Notes: a model not told the origin generated them from the letters alone. Positions 1 to 13,176 are shown, counted from the whole stretch's first letter. The stretch is 54,948 nucleotides of DNA, filler included, from Squatina squatina (GCA_031763465.1; 3 parts of 3 records of this genome joined end to end with filler, not necessarily neighbours in it); one strand, 5' to 3'. Numbers and translations are program-made.

Positions 1-752
1 TGTACCGGGTGGCTGATCTGACACTGCCCATTTTGCGCCACCGCCTGAGACAAATTTTTTCACCCCCAAGACTTTTAGATTTCTTTAATTTCAGTCTTCA
101 GTCGGTGTCACAGTAAGAGAGGGTTATGGTGCAGTGCCTGGCCATTGGCACAAGAGCGAGTGAATCAAATAACTACCTAACAAAATACACATTTTTAAGC
201 TTTTGAAGGATTTACTTACTTTCTATTTTCTTTATTCTCATTTCCCAAGGGATGAAAAGCACTGTTACATTGTACACCAGTCTCCCAAATTTTTTCCACA
301 TCTAAAATTTAACACAGAGGTTGGGAGTAAGCTGCAGTGCTGCAACATCAAACGATCAACCCAAAAGTTCACAATCTAGCTCAAAGATGACAGGAGGACC
401 AAAACGAACAGCATAACCAAATTTCCAATCATAAAAGTTGGCAACGAGCCCAATTTCAAGAGTTATTATAACAGACTTCAAAACATCAAAGGATTCAATA
501 CTTCACCGTTTAAATAAATAATTCAATAACTGAGGTGCATGACATAAAGGTCATTTAATTTTATAATGAGAGATGTCTTTATGACAAGACTCTGAGCATC
601 TTAATTAAACCTGTAGCACCACAGTGTTATAAATATTCAAAGGATAGAAGTCGCTTAATTACTGCAGGCCAAGCAAACTCTTCTGGGCTGGTTTAAAAGC
701 TTTCCACAGGACATCCATTTCAATTAAGCGCTGCCTCCCAGTGCCAAAATCA

Positions 753-1002
<250 letters not shown>

Positions 1003-1102
1003 NNNNNNNNNNNNNNNNNNNNNNNNNNNNNNNNNNNNNNNNNNNNNNNNNNNNNNNNNNNNNNNNNNNNNNNNNNNNNNNNNNNNNNNNNNNNNNNNNN
1101 NN

Positions 1103-1300
1103 ACCACCTGAATGAGTGGCGGGAACAGATTACATAGGAACTTTTGAAAGGCAATCAGACATGTACGTAAAGAGGAGTAATTTGCAGGGTTATGGGGGAA
1201 AAAAAGCTTAGGTGTGGGACTAAGTTGGGAAGCTCTTTTAAAGAGCCGTCATAGGCACAATGGGCCGAGTGGCCTCCTTCTGTACTGTAAGATTCTATGA
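1103..1300 (+). mobile_element. CR1-clade LINE 3' end (shark HER1-like)
   Basis: Typical 3' UTR ...ATGGGCCGAGTGGCCTCCTTCTGTACTGTAAGATTCTATGA with CR1 terminal ATTCTATG motif. Confidence 0.8.
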
Positions 1301-2009
1301 AGTGTTCTGAAGATGATCCCCAGCATCAGAGGCCTGTTTAAAGAGGAAAGGATAGACTTTTCAACCTTGAATTGAGGCGAATGAGGGGGCTGCCGAGAGG
1401 GACATAACTGTGAGGACATCTGCTTCTGCTGGCTCCTCTGATTACTCCCATTCAATTGCCCACACATCACCTGGACTATTTTGGTCAAAGTTACCAACAT
1501 CATCATATGTGACTGTGACTGCGACTCACTGTCCCTCCATATTGTTACTGTTAACCACTCCCTCCTTCTCGCACGTCACTCCTCAACAATCCACTTCCTT
1601 GGCATTGCTTGCTCATGTTGCATTGTCTACATTACACCGCCTCAGGTGGCTTCATGTTGTGTGATGGAGTGCATGCCCTCCCCGTCATCATTTACATGCT
1701 ACACCTTGGTAATGTAATCTAGAAGCATGGGGACAACTCCACATGTGCAACAATTGTGCTCAGTTCCACGTCTGCACCTCACCCATCAACCTCATGGCTT
1801 TTGCCCCTTTCCAGCTGCCTATCCAACATTAGGGCCCGGATGATCCTTTAATTACTCCAGCTCAGTCACAGCAAAACTAGAACAATTTCCTTTGGTTCCC
1901 AAAAACACTGACATGTCTCCAGACCACGAGCTATCTGCTCAACTCAGGTTCCTTCTCCAGATCCAATTGGCCACCAAGACTGCTTTCTTTCCCCTCCACT
2001 CCATCCTGA

Positions 2010-2500
2010 TAAGAGCACAAGAAATAGGAGCAGAAGTAGGCCATTTGGCCTTTCGAGCCTGATCTGCCATTCAATAAGATAATGGCTGATCTTCTACCTC
2101 AACTCCACCTTTCCGCACTATCCCCATATCCCTTGGCTCCCTTAGTATCCAAAAATCTATCGATCTTGTCTTGAATAAAATCAACGACTGAGAATCCACA
2201 GCCGTCTGGGGTAGAAAATTCCAAAGATTCACACCGCTTTGAGTTAAGAAATTTCTCCTCCTCTCAGTCCTAAATGGCCGACCACTTATCCTGAGACTTT
2301 GACCCCTAGTTCTCGACTCTGCAGCCAGGGGAAATAACCCCTTAGCAACTACCCTGTNNNNNNNNNNNNNNNNNNNNNNNNNNNNNNNNNNNNNNNNNNN
2401 NNNNNNNNNNNNNNNNNNNNNNNNNNNNNNNNNNNNNNNNNNNNNNNNNNNNNNNNNGCACCCCCAGGTCTCTCTGTTCATTCACCCCTTTCAGAATTCT
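2010..2500 (-). mobile_element. CR1-clade LINE ORF2 C-terminus and 3' UTR (gap inside)
   Basis: Minus strand encodes ESRTRGQSLRI...RRNFLTQSGVNLWNFLPQ (CR1 'TRGH..L...FTQRVV.LWN.LP' motif) followed by the HER1/HE1-type tail. Confidence 0.9.
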
Positions 2501-3053
2501 ACCCTTTGGTTTCCCTGCTTGTGCCAGCATCATTCTGATTGTTCAGAGCAACTGTTGAGGTGTTGAAAGATGCGACAGCTTCATTACATTAGAAATCATC
2601 AAGTCTAGACAGAGAGGTATTTGTAATCTGTGTCCAGAGGTCTGACTTTTTTTCTCTCCTTTGTACAGAGCCCCAGTACATATAAACAGCTCTACATTTA
2701 GGTAATTGAAATTCTTAAGGCATGACTCAGTTTGAAGCCATTATGTCAACCATTTCCTCACTTATAATGAGAAACCAGATGACAGTAACCAGCCTGACAT
2801 GATGGCATCGTTGCAGAGTGCTGGCATCACCGTGACACGTTGACATATGCCTGTTTGCACTGCTGCTCATCTACAGTAGGCGTCAGTGCTGGAAACCGCT
2901 AATCAAAGGGCTCAATTCCAGGGGCCGCTGCAGGCACTCCAACATCACATGACCTTTAACGACCCGCGTCCCTTGTTTAGGGCCAATCTTCTTGCTCGTG
3001 AGGCGAAGAACATCTCAGTCCTTGCTATTGCCGTGTCACCAAGAAATAAAGGA

Positions 3054-3487
3054 CTTCAAACCATATAGTGTCATCCACAACCTCAGGACATTCCAAAATG
3101 CTTTACAGCCAATGAAATGCTTTTGAAGTGTAGTTGTTCTTGCAATGTCGAAACACAACAGCCAATTTATGCACAGCAAGCTCCCAAAAACAGCAATGAG
3201 ACGATAACCAGATTTTTAAAGTGAATGCTAGTTGAGGGATAAATGTTGGTCAGGATTGGGGAGAATTCCCCTGTTCTTCGAACAGTGCCATGGGAACTTT
3301 TACTTTCACTTGAAAGGGCAGAGGGGACTTTGGTTTAACATTGCATCCAGAGATGGCACCTCGGACAGTGCAGCACTCCCTCAGCACTGCACTCAAATGT
3401 CAGCTAAGGTTATGAGCTCAAGTCTCTGAAGTGGGATCCACGACCCTCTGACTCTGCTAGAGTGCTGTCACCGAGTTACAGCTGACG
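3054..3487 (-). mobile_element. Deu-domain tRNA-SINE (SacSINE1/AmnSINE1-like), near full length
   Basis: Reverse complement contains a tRNA-like head, the CCCATGGCACTG..CGAAGAACAGGGGAATTCTCCCC...ATTTATCCCTCAAC Deu core and an L2-like tail. Matches the copies at 14590 and 16605. Confidence 0.8.
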
Positions 3488-6029
3488 CCTGCAATAAGGG
3501 CTGTGATGACAGGGGACAGACCAGATCTGTCACAACTTTACAATAAAGACCTTTTCTGAATAAGCTCATTGAAGAGACCTTCAGTTAAATACACTAGTAT
3601 GAAGACAACAATTTAAATTAATTAAAGGTCCTCTAGTAGCATCTTTCTCCAATCATTTCTACTAGTCCATCCTCCCACTGGTCCTCCATCACTTACATCA
3701 CGTACCTTTGTATTGACAAGATTGATAATGGATAAAATAAAGGCTCCAGGCAATTGGATTGTTTAATCAAAAGCCTGCCGCACATTCTTCACAATGTACC
3801 GCACAGCCCTTTGATTAGCGGTTTTCAAGCCGTTGCAATTACCTCATTGTAATATGATAATCAGTAAAGATACCTTTGAATTCCAGTCCCTGGTCCCCGG
3901 ACCCATCATAAGCTTTTACTGGCAATCTAAAATATCGCTGACAAGACTTTTCAAGGGAATTCTTCAATTGAAAGGTTTACTATAAGAACCAGATTTCCAT
4001 GAAATGAGATCAGTTTATGTTCTGCATGACTCTGCATCTTTGTGATTATGTCAACAGCATGGGAGAAATTTTACAAGCAAGCCTTACAAAGCCGGTGACA
4101 AGTGAAGAGCTGAACTGGATACTGAATCTATCTTGGACAGATGGGCTCTAANNNNNNNNNNNNNNNNNNNNNNNNNNNNNNNNNNNNNNNNNNNNNNNNN
4201 NNNNNNNNNNNNNNNNNNNNNNNNNNNNNNNNNNNNNNNNNNNNNNNNNNNATTGAACACTTAGATGTTTTGGTGTTACAGAAAGCTCAGTGCTCTGAGC
4301 TTAAAATAGACTTGAGGTCAGGCTTGAATTGCTATCGCTCCTTTCTATTAAGGAGTGCCAGTTACTGATGAACCACAGTAAAGTAGACAATGTGAAAAGG
4401 CAACTAAAGGAAACAAAACCTGACAGATGATGCCAGGGGGAGCAAGAGGACTGTGAAGAAAACTTTGTTATAATAGCTGTGGTAATCTGTGTGACATTAA
4501 GCTATTTTAGAACGGAGAAAGGTCTACACTGGTATGTAAAAGGAAGTTGCCAGTTTGCCTGGACCCCTGACGGTTGAATAAATGGCTGAAGATATGGTAT
4601 GCAATCTATACCGTGTTGATTTAATAAAGAATGGTCCATTGTATTGCTTATTTCTTGGCTGGAGTAAGAGTATTCCAAAAAAATAAGATTAGCTACATAT
4701 TCCTAAACTACCCTGGTTTGGTTCTAAGACAACAGTGTACCTAGAGAGGGAGAGAAAGATCGGGAAAGAGACAGTAAGAGAGAGGGAGAGAGATAGCACT
4801 AGCCTGCTTAGGTCAGTTTCCATTGGGCATAAAATGGTCACTCAATGAAATCTTAAGACACAGAGTTGATGACACATGTGGGGCAAACACACCAAACGCG
4901 TGGGTAAGTAGCACTGTACAACTGAATCAAATGAATTCACCTTTAATTCATCTTCCAATTCCAGTTGTACTTCCATTGCACAGAAAGTAAAGTAATAGTT
5001 GTTCAAAAGTAAAACAAACCTTGATAGTAACCCCACCATGGCGAGCGGGAGAGGGTCGGGGGAGGGGGGGGCGTGGCGGGGAGGGGGCATTTANNNNNNN
5101 NNNNNNNNNNNNNNNNNNNNNNNNNNNNNNNNNNNNNNNNNNNNNNNNNNNNNNNNNNNNNNNNNNNNNNNNNNNNNNNNNNNNNNNNNNNNNACAGCAG
5201 CATGGACTTGGTTCGTTCATTGTATCTGAGTGAAGTAATGGGAGTCTACATTGATAATAAATCTACCCTGTTCTGCTATCTGACACTGATAAATTAACCT
5301 GACTCCCTTCATCTGCTACTTTCTGTCATCAGATATGTTACCGTCAGATGATTATTTTCACATGTTTCTGTCTGATCCATACAATGGTTATATTTATGTG
5401 AAAGGCTGGTCTGCAAGGCAAGACTGTGGGATGTGCCTCGAAGTGAGTCAGCTTTCAATAGATTCCTCAACAGCCTGCGGTTAAAGGAAACACAGAATGG
5501 GATTTTATCTTAAAGAGACAATCTGACTGGCGTTTGTGCACGGACCAAGAGGTGAATTGTGACTATATTCAAACCCAATCCATGAATAAACAATGATGTG
5601 GTTTCATGGGCTTTAACGCACCTTATAAAGTTTTATTAGGATCTATAATTGGAGACGTATTTTACTAGCTGATATTATCCCCCGTTGTGTTTTAATGAAC
5701 TGGGGCTCTATGTTTTGACATTTTCTGCCAATTAATATCTCTTTAACTTAAAATCTAAATGTGACTGATTCATGAGCAGAACATTCTCAGCATAATGTTA
5801 ACCACAACTCACTGCATTGAAATATTCACATTTAGGAACATTTTTGTTAATGTTTATTTCTATTCACCACCTTTTGTTCAGGTAGCTCACATCACACACA
5901 GTCATTCAGAGATGGAGACAGACAGTCTAGTTTGCCTGCCATTCAGGCTGTGTAGCAGACTGTAATCTTCATTGTTCACTGCTTTGTAGGAAAGTTCCTT
6001 GTCCATAGTTTAAATTAATTCTCAGGAGG

Positions 6030-6370
6030 CAGGTGTCGCTGACAAGCTGCTTTATCGCCCACTCCGACTGCCCTTCAGAAGGTGGTGGTGGGCCTTCTCC
6101 TTGATCCGCTGCTGTCCTTGTGGTGAAGGTGCTCCCACAGTGCTGTTAGGGAGGGAGTTCCAGGATTTTGACTCATATATGTGTCCAAGTCAGGATAGTT
6201 TGTGTGACTTGGAAGGGAACTTGCAGGTGATGGTGTCCCCATGCACCTACTGCCCTTGTCCTTCTGGGTGGTGGAGATCGCAAGTTTGGGAGGTGCTGCC
6301 AAAGAAGCCTTGGCGAGTTGATGCAGTGCATCCTGTAGATGGTACTCACTGCAGACATGGTAGTGGAAGA
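6030..6370 (-). mobile_element. Non-LTR retrotransposon 3' end (CR1/L2-group, 'WNSLPNSTVG..HHHL' type)
   Basis: Reverse complement matches the + strand copy at 9274-9420 (CCTGGAACTCCCTCCCTAACAGCACTGTGGGAG...CACCACCACCTT). Confidence 0.75.
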
Positions 6371-6419
6371 GGTAAGCCCTATTGTTTGTCTCCCTGATAG
6401 CTCAGCCAAGACTGGGAAC

Positions 6420-6488
6420 TTACATAGGAACATAGGAACAGGAGGAGGCCATTCAGCCCCTCGAGCCTGTTCCAACATTCAATGAGAT
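6420..6488 (-). mobile_element. HER1/HE1-type 3' tail
   Basis: CATAGGAA x2 followed by CAGGAGGAGGCCATTCAGCCCCTCGAGCCTG, truncated by a gap. Confidence 0.8.
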
Positions 6489-6854
6489 NNNNNNNNNNNN
6501 NNNNNNNNNNNNNNNNNNNNNNNNNNNNNNNNNNNNNNNNNNNNNNNNNNNNNNNNNNNNNNNNNNNNNNNNNNNNNNNNNNNNNNNNCTTTGCAAATAA
6601 ACATAGCAGTAAAATCTTAAATTGCAAACATTTTTAGTCAGTTCTTCAAGTCACAGACAAGTTGAGTCACTCGCTATTGCACTATACAATACACTTTGGA
6701 CTTTGCATATTGTATACCGAGCATAAGAATACATGAGAGTATATTGTGACCAGACAATAGCTGCAATATATAAAAAAAAGACTGATTTGGGGACCTGCTG
6801 ATAGCATACATTTAAACTGTAAAAATATAGGCATTTTTAGCATATATACATACA

Positions 6855-6990
6855 CCAGTAGGAATTAAAAGGGATAGGGACAGTCGGCCAGTCAGCCTCA
6901 CGAGCTTGCTTGGCAATTCAATTAGATCATGGTCGATCTGTGCCTTAGCTGCATTTACATGCCATTGCTTCATATCCCTCGATACCCTTA
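6855..6990 (-). mobile_element. Degenerate HER1/HE1-type 3' tail
   Basis: GGCCAGTCAGCCTCACGAGCTTGC...CAATTCAATTAGATCATGGTCGATCTG resembles the tails at 2030 and 11990. Confidence 0.6.
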
Positions 6991-7827
6991 GCAAAACAAT
7001 AACATATTTATTTCATTTTCAGTGCTCCCAGAAATGCTAATGCTACATTTCCATCCCTTTTCACGTGTTCGATGGGGTCCTTTGGAACAAGAGAAAAACA
7101 CAGACGTGTTATTCATCACGCTGTTTAACAAAAAACAAATGTTATTCTTGGAACGTTTTTGCTTGTAATATAACTCTTGCTAAGTTTAATTAAAGTGGTG
7201 TGCACTGTTTTGAGTGCTGTTAATGCTGAGGCTTACTGTGGTGAAAGATAGATAGCCCCTAATAACTGCACTACAAAGAGAGCACCATCTGCTTCATTTA
7301 CAATGAACTCTTTTAGTCGAATCTCCCCTTTCAATTCCCAGCAATAGATTTTAACACAATACGGACAGTGAGCTAATAATATCGGCCGTGATAAATGAAA
7401 AGAAATCCGATCAGTGACCGAAACTAATAATTAGTGGATGGTGCTCAGCACGGTGCCCGGTTTGGAGGATCCAAGGCTGGCAGAGTTGCCATGCTTTGGC
7501 CAGGACAACAAGCACAACAACAGTGTGGCTGTGAGTTGACTGACTGATGCGAAGAAAGCTTTCATTGCAGATGCTGCTTTGTTTGGGTAAGGCTCAGCAT
7601 TGTTGGAGAGCACGGCTACCAGCCAAAAGCTATAAACAGGCTGATTATTAATGGGAGAAAAGGGTGGGATAAAATACAACTACAGTGTATTAGAAGTCTT
7701 TGCATGTAGCGCACACTTCCTGTAAATGTCACACTTACTTCCTGTCACACTGACCTCGTTACATTGTGCTGTTGGCGCCGCCATTGCTCTAAAACTGTGT
7801 ATCATCTGATTGACATGAGCAAGGCTC

Positions 7828-8211
7828 TGGGAGAAATTGGCCGCTGTGGAAAATTCGGTTAATGCCTACTTAAGGCGTTAATGGGCCGCTAAACATTCTT
7901 AAGGCATTAACTCACCATTTAACGCCTCAAGNNNNNNNNNNNNNNNNNNNNNNNNNNNNNNNNNNNNNNNNNNNNNNNNNNNNNNNNNNNNNNNNNNNNN
8001 NNNNNNNNNNNNNNNNNNNNNNNNNNNNNNNATGACGTCACATGCCGACCTGCCACGGAATTCAGCTGGCCAGGCACAAAGGCCGTTGTGCCCCAGCTGA
8101 ATTTCCCGGGAGGCAAAATGGCCGCCTCCCAGCACCATTTTGTCCTGTTTCACCCTGTTAGCGCCCCTCGGAGGCACTAACGGGGCACAACAGGAGATGC
8201 ATTTCTAGCGC
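7828..8211. mobile_element. Non-autonomous PIF/Harbinger-like element (gap inside)
   Basis: Termini CTGGGAGAAATT... and ...GCATTTCTAGCGC resemble the GG.C.(A/G)GAA(A/T)TT-type ends at 11405, 45079 and 50122. Interior is CpG-rich with TTAACGCC-type motifs. Confidence 0.5.
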
Positions 8212-9109
8212 ACAGTCCCTTTAAGGAACAAACTTTCAAATAGTTTAGAAACCGGAAGCCCAGAGCATGACAGCTTGTGAGAGAGGCTGTCTGAAAGTCT
8301 AATGACTGGTCAATGGACAACCTAATAAGTGGTCATCTTTTTAGCCCTGCTTGCACCATTCCCTGAAGACAATGCCAGTCTTGTTATTGTTGCTTGGCTG
8401 ACCATATGGAAATGAGACCTTCCCAGTGGCTCACCATTGGCTCACTAATGTGGCCCTGTGAAGCATTTAATTATCTTCTTGTCGTCGGACTGAAGATCAG
8501 TCGAGCGCGGACAATGATAACCTAACTCCCATTGTTGCTAGGGTGGCTGCAGTGTGTAGATCCAGAGGTGAGAACTTGCAGGCTTTTTTGGAGAAAGGGC
8601 AAATGCTTTGTGGTCATTTCATCTGCCACATTACAATCCCACTCCTGAATCCAAACAATCGCCAATTTTAAAAGCAGTTTTTTTGTGTATTGCCATATTC
8701 ACAATGCAGCTATTCAAGGGGAACTCCACTGAGGCATGGCAGGGCAATAAGGTCACAGAGGCTTTGACCCACAGTGTAAGGATTTTAAATTGGCAAGGCC
8801 TTGCTAAATCTCCTGCTTCAGTAAGCTCCTTGATTAACTTAATAAGAAATACATAAGAAACGCTGTGATCTTAACCGTGTATCAGATTATCAGCCTCAGA
8901 TATGGTCTGTGGAGCCGAAAATCTCCTCAGAAAGCGTAATGAGAATTAGATGAGAGAAATGCTTGGGGAGATGGCTTTGAGTTTTCGCGTTCTTAAATTT
9001 AAATTAACATTTTCTGAAAAGTCCCTTCGAATGACTAATAAGGCCATGGTGTCGTTTTTTTTTTTAAGGACAATCCTTTACTGATTTCAGCTTTTTAAGA
9101 TTTTTTTAA

Positions 9110-9173
9110 AAAGTGAATTCCAATTCTCAAACTGCTGTGGTGGGATTTGAACTCGTGTTCTCTGGATGATTTG
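9110..9173 (-). mobile_element. tRNA-derived SINE head fragment
   Basis: GGTGGGATTTGAACTC is an antisense Pol III B-box (GAGTTCAAATCCC). No cloverleaf/acceptor stem is present. Confidence 0.6.
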
Positions 9174-9273
9174 NNNNNNNNNNNNNNNNNNNNNNNNNNN
9201 NNNNNNNNNNNNNNNNNNNNNNNNNNNNNNNNNNNNNNNNNNNNNNNNNNNNNNNNNNNNNNNNNNNNNNNNN

Positions 9274-9420
9274 TCCCTCCCTAACAGCACTGTGGGAGTT
9301 CCTTCACCACACGGACTGCAGCGGTTCAAGAAGGAGGCTCATCACCACCTCCTCAAGGGCAATTAGGGATGGGCAATAAATATCGGCCTTGCCAGTGATG
9401 CCCACATCCCAGGAATAAAT
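9274..9420 (+). mobile_element. Non-LTR retrotransposon ORF2 C-terminus and 3' UTR
   Basis: Encodes SLPNSTVGVPSPHGLQRFKKEAHHHLLKGN*, then GGGATGGGCAATAAAT...CCCACATCCC. Confidence 0.8.
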
Positions 9421-10521
9421 TTTAATAAAACCTCCTCCACACCTTGCAATATCAGAAGCCTCCTCAGAACTTATCTCTTCAAACACACTTTCTGACACCC
9501 CCTCTGTCCAATTGTGAAGCATTGTGGGATGCCACAGTAAAGGTTTTATATAAGTGCCAGTTATTGTGTTCATGGCTCCCTGTTACTCCTGAATCACCTT
9601 TTAAATGATTGGGCAAAGATCACCTCACTTAATGTCCAGTGGCTGCTGAGGGTTCCTCCTGACTAATGGATGGAGGAGCAGACCCATGCACTGTCCCACA
9701 CTGCACGAATAAATCGACCAGATAAAAAGGGATTCACCATGAATTTGTGAAGTGGCAGATTTATTTCTCTAAGGAGACTGGTAAGTTAATATTTTCTGAT
9801 CTTCTTCCTTTAGCTAATGGCCTGCTTGGGGTGAGTTGTGGATATAACCTCGCAATCTGGCCCAAGCAGCTGCACTGGTCTTATTACCTTTCAGCATCAT
9901 GGGGTGATTGACATCCCTTTATTCTTATTACAGGACAGCAGGAGGATTGACCTTCGAGCCGTGCCTGGAAGGGATGATCTCAGCGTAGTACTGGGCCAGG
10001 TTTACTGCAAGCATCTGTTGTCATAATCCAGGAGACCACCTGCTTCTGCTCCTGCCAATTAGTTGGCATTTTGATTCTCAGCTCTTTAGAATTGACACAG
10101 CCAGTTATTTGCTCCGATATCCTTTGTTTGTATGTTAGTTTGCTTTCCCGTATTACAAACTTCCTCAAAAAGACCTTACACCTTGTGGAGAATTTTAATA
10201 ACCACCCACCCCCCCCTCCCCTTCTTGGTTCAAGACTTACGGAGGCCACGTTTAGACCAGTTAACTCTATATAGACCACCAAGTCTGTTTTGCTTAGTGC
10301 ACCAGGTGGTATCTATACCATCTTGGCTATCAGGGTACATAGAACATAGAACATAGAAAATACAGCACATAGTCTTTGTGAATTTAATTGAAACTTCAAT
10401 AAAGCTTGTTAATTTTTTTCACTTGTATCCATGTACACATAATGTGCCATAGGACAGTCTGTAATCTAAATAGGACTCAATTTATAATTTTACATCTAGA
10501 TTGTTCTGCTTTATTTTACAG

Positions 10522-10584
10522 AATGAAGCCCAGATGGCAAAAGAATTCACAAAACTTGTAGAAGCTGTAGAAAATGAATACCAG
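10522..10584 (+). CDS. Candidate internal coding exon (63 nt, phase 0/0): NEAQMAKEFTKLVEAVENEYQ; gene not recognised
   Basis: Strong acceptor TTGTTCTGCTTTATTTTACAG| and donor CAG|GTATGA. Length is divisible by 3, the frame is open, the peptide looks like an amphipathic helix, and flanks are unique sequence. Confidence 0.7.
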
Positions 10585-11404
10585 GTATGAATGCTGAAAT
10601 GGATATTTGATTATCCCAAAGGATATTTGGACTGATTTCTAGTATTCCAAGATCTGTTTATATGGTATTGTATAAATCTGTTTGACACTCGGTTATGGCT
10701 GTCCTCAGGCAGGTGCTGTTCTGTCAAACTGATCAGTTGAAGCAGAGAGAAGCTATGCAGCACTTGCTTGGCTGGAGACTCGCTTTGATTTTTTTTTAAT
10801 CCAAGCCTTTTTTGTGTGTCTAGTAGATTTTCAAATTCTTTTGCTCTTGCATGATGAATAAAATACCCATCCCCATTGCCTGATTAAGCAGTGTCTGAGA
10901 CTACAGGCCAGGAGCATATGAATCAGTTTAGCTCATTACCATCACTGTCACAAAACAAACTTTAAAAGCAAATAGCCAAGTATTTACAATCTACAGAAAA
11001 AGTCCACCCTGCAATGGAATATAGCTTCTCATTGATTTCAGGAGTCACACTTGAAGTATACAAAAAAAGCTAGTTTGGCCTCTAATTGAACGGAAGATCT
11101 GCTATGTAGCACAGAGCTGTACTTTAACAGCAGAATAATATATTTGCGTTCTATGGTATAGTGGTCATGTCCTTATAAAACAATATCTGTGAGCAACTAC
11201 TTCATGCTGGTTAATCTATGTTTAGTTAGTTGACACCTAGCAGTGACTATGACAATGGAAGTAGCCCAATAGGGATTGATCCATGAAAAATTCCCCACCC
11301 AAAATAGGATAGCCAAGCTTCTCAATCCAAAATCCAACTGCTAGTAATTCAACTGGACTGAGAGAATTGTTGTATTTGTAGGTTTGAATTTTTATTTTAT
11401 ACAT

Positions 11405-11987
11405 GGGCCGGAATTTTCAGTACCTGGGCAGGTTGGGTGTGGGCGGTCGCCGCGGTGGGTCACGACCTCGTTCTTCATTCCATCCCACTCCTGACATTGA
11501 CTTTCTGTTAATGGTGCCTATTAAGGCAGCTCTGTGCGTTACCCGGCCCTATTAAATGGTGCACATCTGATGACATCATCAACGATGCATTTTCAGCTGG
11601 GATATTTAAAGAAGCCATGGCCACATTACATTTGAGGGTTCATCTAGAAGCGTGCAGTCACTGCACTGGAGGTTTTGAATGTTCCAAACACTTGTGGAGG
11701 GAGTCAAAGCACGCAGGGAGACCCTCTTCCTTTCAAATGAGCAAATTTGGCTACAGTACACTTGTTTCCTTCATTTAAGTCATTAATATATATTGTAAAT
11801 AGTTGCGATCCCAGCACTGGTCCCTGTGGCACCCCACTAGTTACAGGTTGCCATCCTGAAAATGAATCCTTTCAAATCTCCAAAAGACCAAAGGAGCCTG
11901 GCTCCAACTTGCAGAGGAGGTGAACAACAGAGATGTGTTCAGGAGGACCTGGGTGAAGGGTGGGAAACGTTTCAATGATCTCATGAG
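11405..11987 (+). mobile_element. PIF/Harbinger end with decayed Myb/SANT-like DNA-binding gene
   Basis: TIR-like GGGCCGGAATTTT at 11405 and TATTTAAAG near 11603. Peptide [13 protein letters not shown] (approx 11691-11729) continues after an insertion as KTKGAWLQLAEEVNNRDVFRRTWVKGGKRFNDLMR, the trihelix/Myb pattern of the Harbinger accessory protein. Confidence 0.8.
11739..11866 (-). mobile_element. Internal CR1 reverse-transcriptase fragment (128 bp) flanked by an 11-bp direct repeat
   Basis: Minus strand encodes [53 protein letters not shown] occurs at 11728-11738 and 11867-11877. Confidence 0.9.
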
Positions 11988-12223
11988 ACCATAAGACCAT
12001 AAGAAATAGGAACAGGAGTAGGCCATTCGGCCCCTCGAGCCTGCTCCTCCATTCAATGAGATCATGGCTGATCTGATATTTGCCTCAACACCACTTTCCT
12101 GCCTTTTCCCCATAACCTTTGATTCCCTTGCTGATCAAAAATCTGCCTATCTCAGCCTTGAATATATTCAATGACTCAGCCTCCACAGCTCTCTGGGGTA
12201 AAGAATTCCAAAGATTCACAACC
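11988..12223 (-). mobile_element. CR1/HER1 3' end
   Basis: Minus strand encodes VVNLWNSLPQRAVEAESLNIFKAEIGRFL, followed by the (CCATAAGA)n tail. Confidence 0.9.
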
Positions 12224-12953
12224 NNNNNNNNNNNNNNNNNNNNNNNNNNNNNNNNNNNNNNNNNNNNNNNNNNNNNNNNNNNNNNNNNNNNNNNNNNNNN
12301 NNNNNNNNNNNNNNNNNNNNNNNCTGGCTTTCCTCCCGGGGTTTTCGGGCTCCGGTTACACACTACCCACAGAAGAAAATTTATGAATCATTCGACATGA
12401 GACTGCTGTGGAAAATTTCTTGCCGGTGAAACACAATCACAGAGTCCGCACTGAAAAGGCATATGTTTCTGGAGAGATGGAGTTAGAGATGGCTTGTGCA
12501 CCTTCCCAGCTCCCTTTCTTGGGAGCTCATTAGGTTTCTGCTGAGGCAGGAAGAGCCTTTGAAATACAAGACAAGACGCGGCACTAAGCCGCTATCAATA
12601 ATTGATTTTAGGTTACTTCACCAGCCAAGAACCCTGTGGTTTTCAGATCCATTAATTGTGAGTTAGAATGCATTAGGTCACTCAGAAAGGCTTGTCTGTG
12701 CAATGGAAAGGTTACCAGTGATAAAAGCTGATCTCTGCTTTGATTATGGCCCTCTCACATAGTGATTCCAAATGTTACAAGTATCAGAAACACTTGGATG
12801 TTTTATTATCATGATTATTACACTTCCTGAATGAATCAGTTGCCCTGTGTAGTNNNNNNNNNNNNNNNNNNNNNNNNNNNNNNNNNNNNNNNNNNNNNNN
12901 NNNNNNNNNNNNNNNNNNNNNNNNNNNNNNNNNNNNNNNNNNNNNNNNNNNNN

Positions 12954-13176
12954 GCCCTAAACTCTGGAGTTCCCAGCCTAAACCTTTCAACCTCTCCACC
13001 TCTTTCTCTTCCTTTAAGATACTCCTTGGAACCTGCCTCTTTGACCAAATCATCTGTCCTAATATCTCCTTCTGTGGCTCGGTGTCACTTTTTATTTGAT
13101 AACGCTCCTATGGAGAGCCGAAGGACGTTTTACTATATTAAAAGGTGCTCTTTAAGTGCAAGTTGTTGTTGTTGTA
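12954..13176 (+). mobile_element. L2 LINE 3' end
   Basis: CCCTAAACTCTGGAGTTCCC..CCTAAACCT...TCCTTTAAGATACTCCTT...CTCTTTGACCAA...AAAGGTGCT..(TGT)n tail. Confidence 0.75.

Noticed and set aside
2669-2701. 33-nt micro-exon (TTGTACAG|...TTTAG|GTAATT)
   Set aside because: Stops in two of three frames, and the open phase (2/2) is unsupported. Such signals arise by chance at this length.
9110-9173. tRNA gene
   Set aside because: Only a B-box-like SINE head is present, with no cloverleaf. The tRNA-Ser match at 30781 is a PBS, not a gene.
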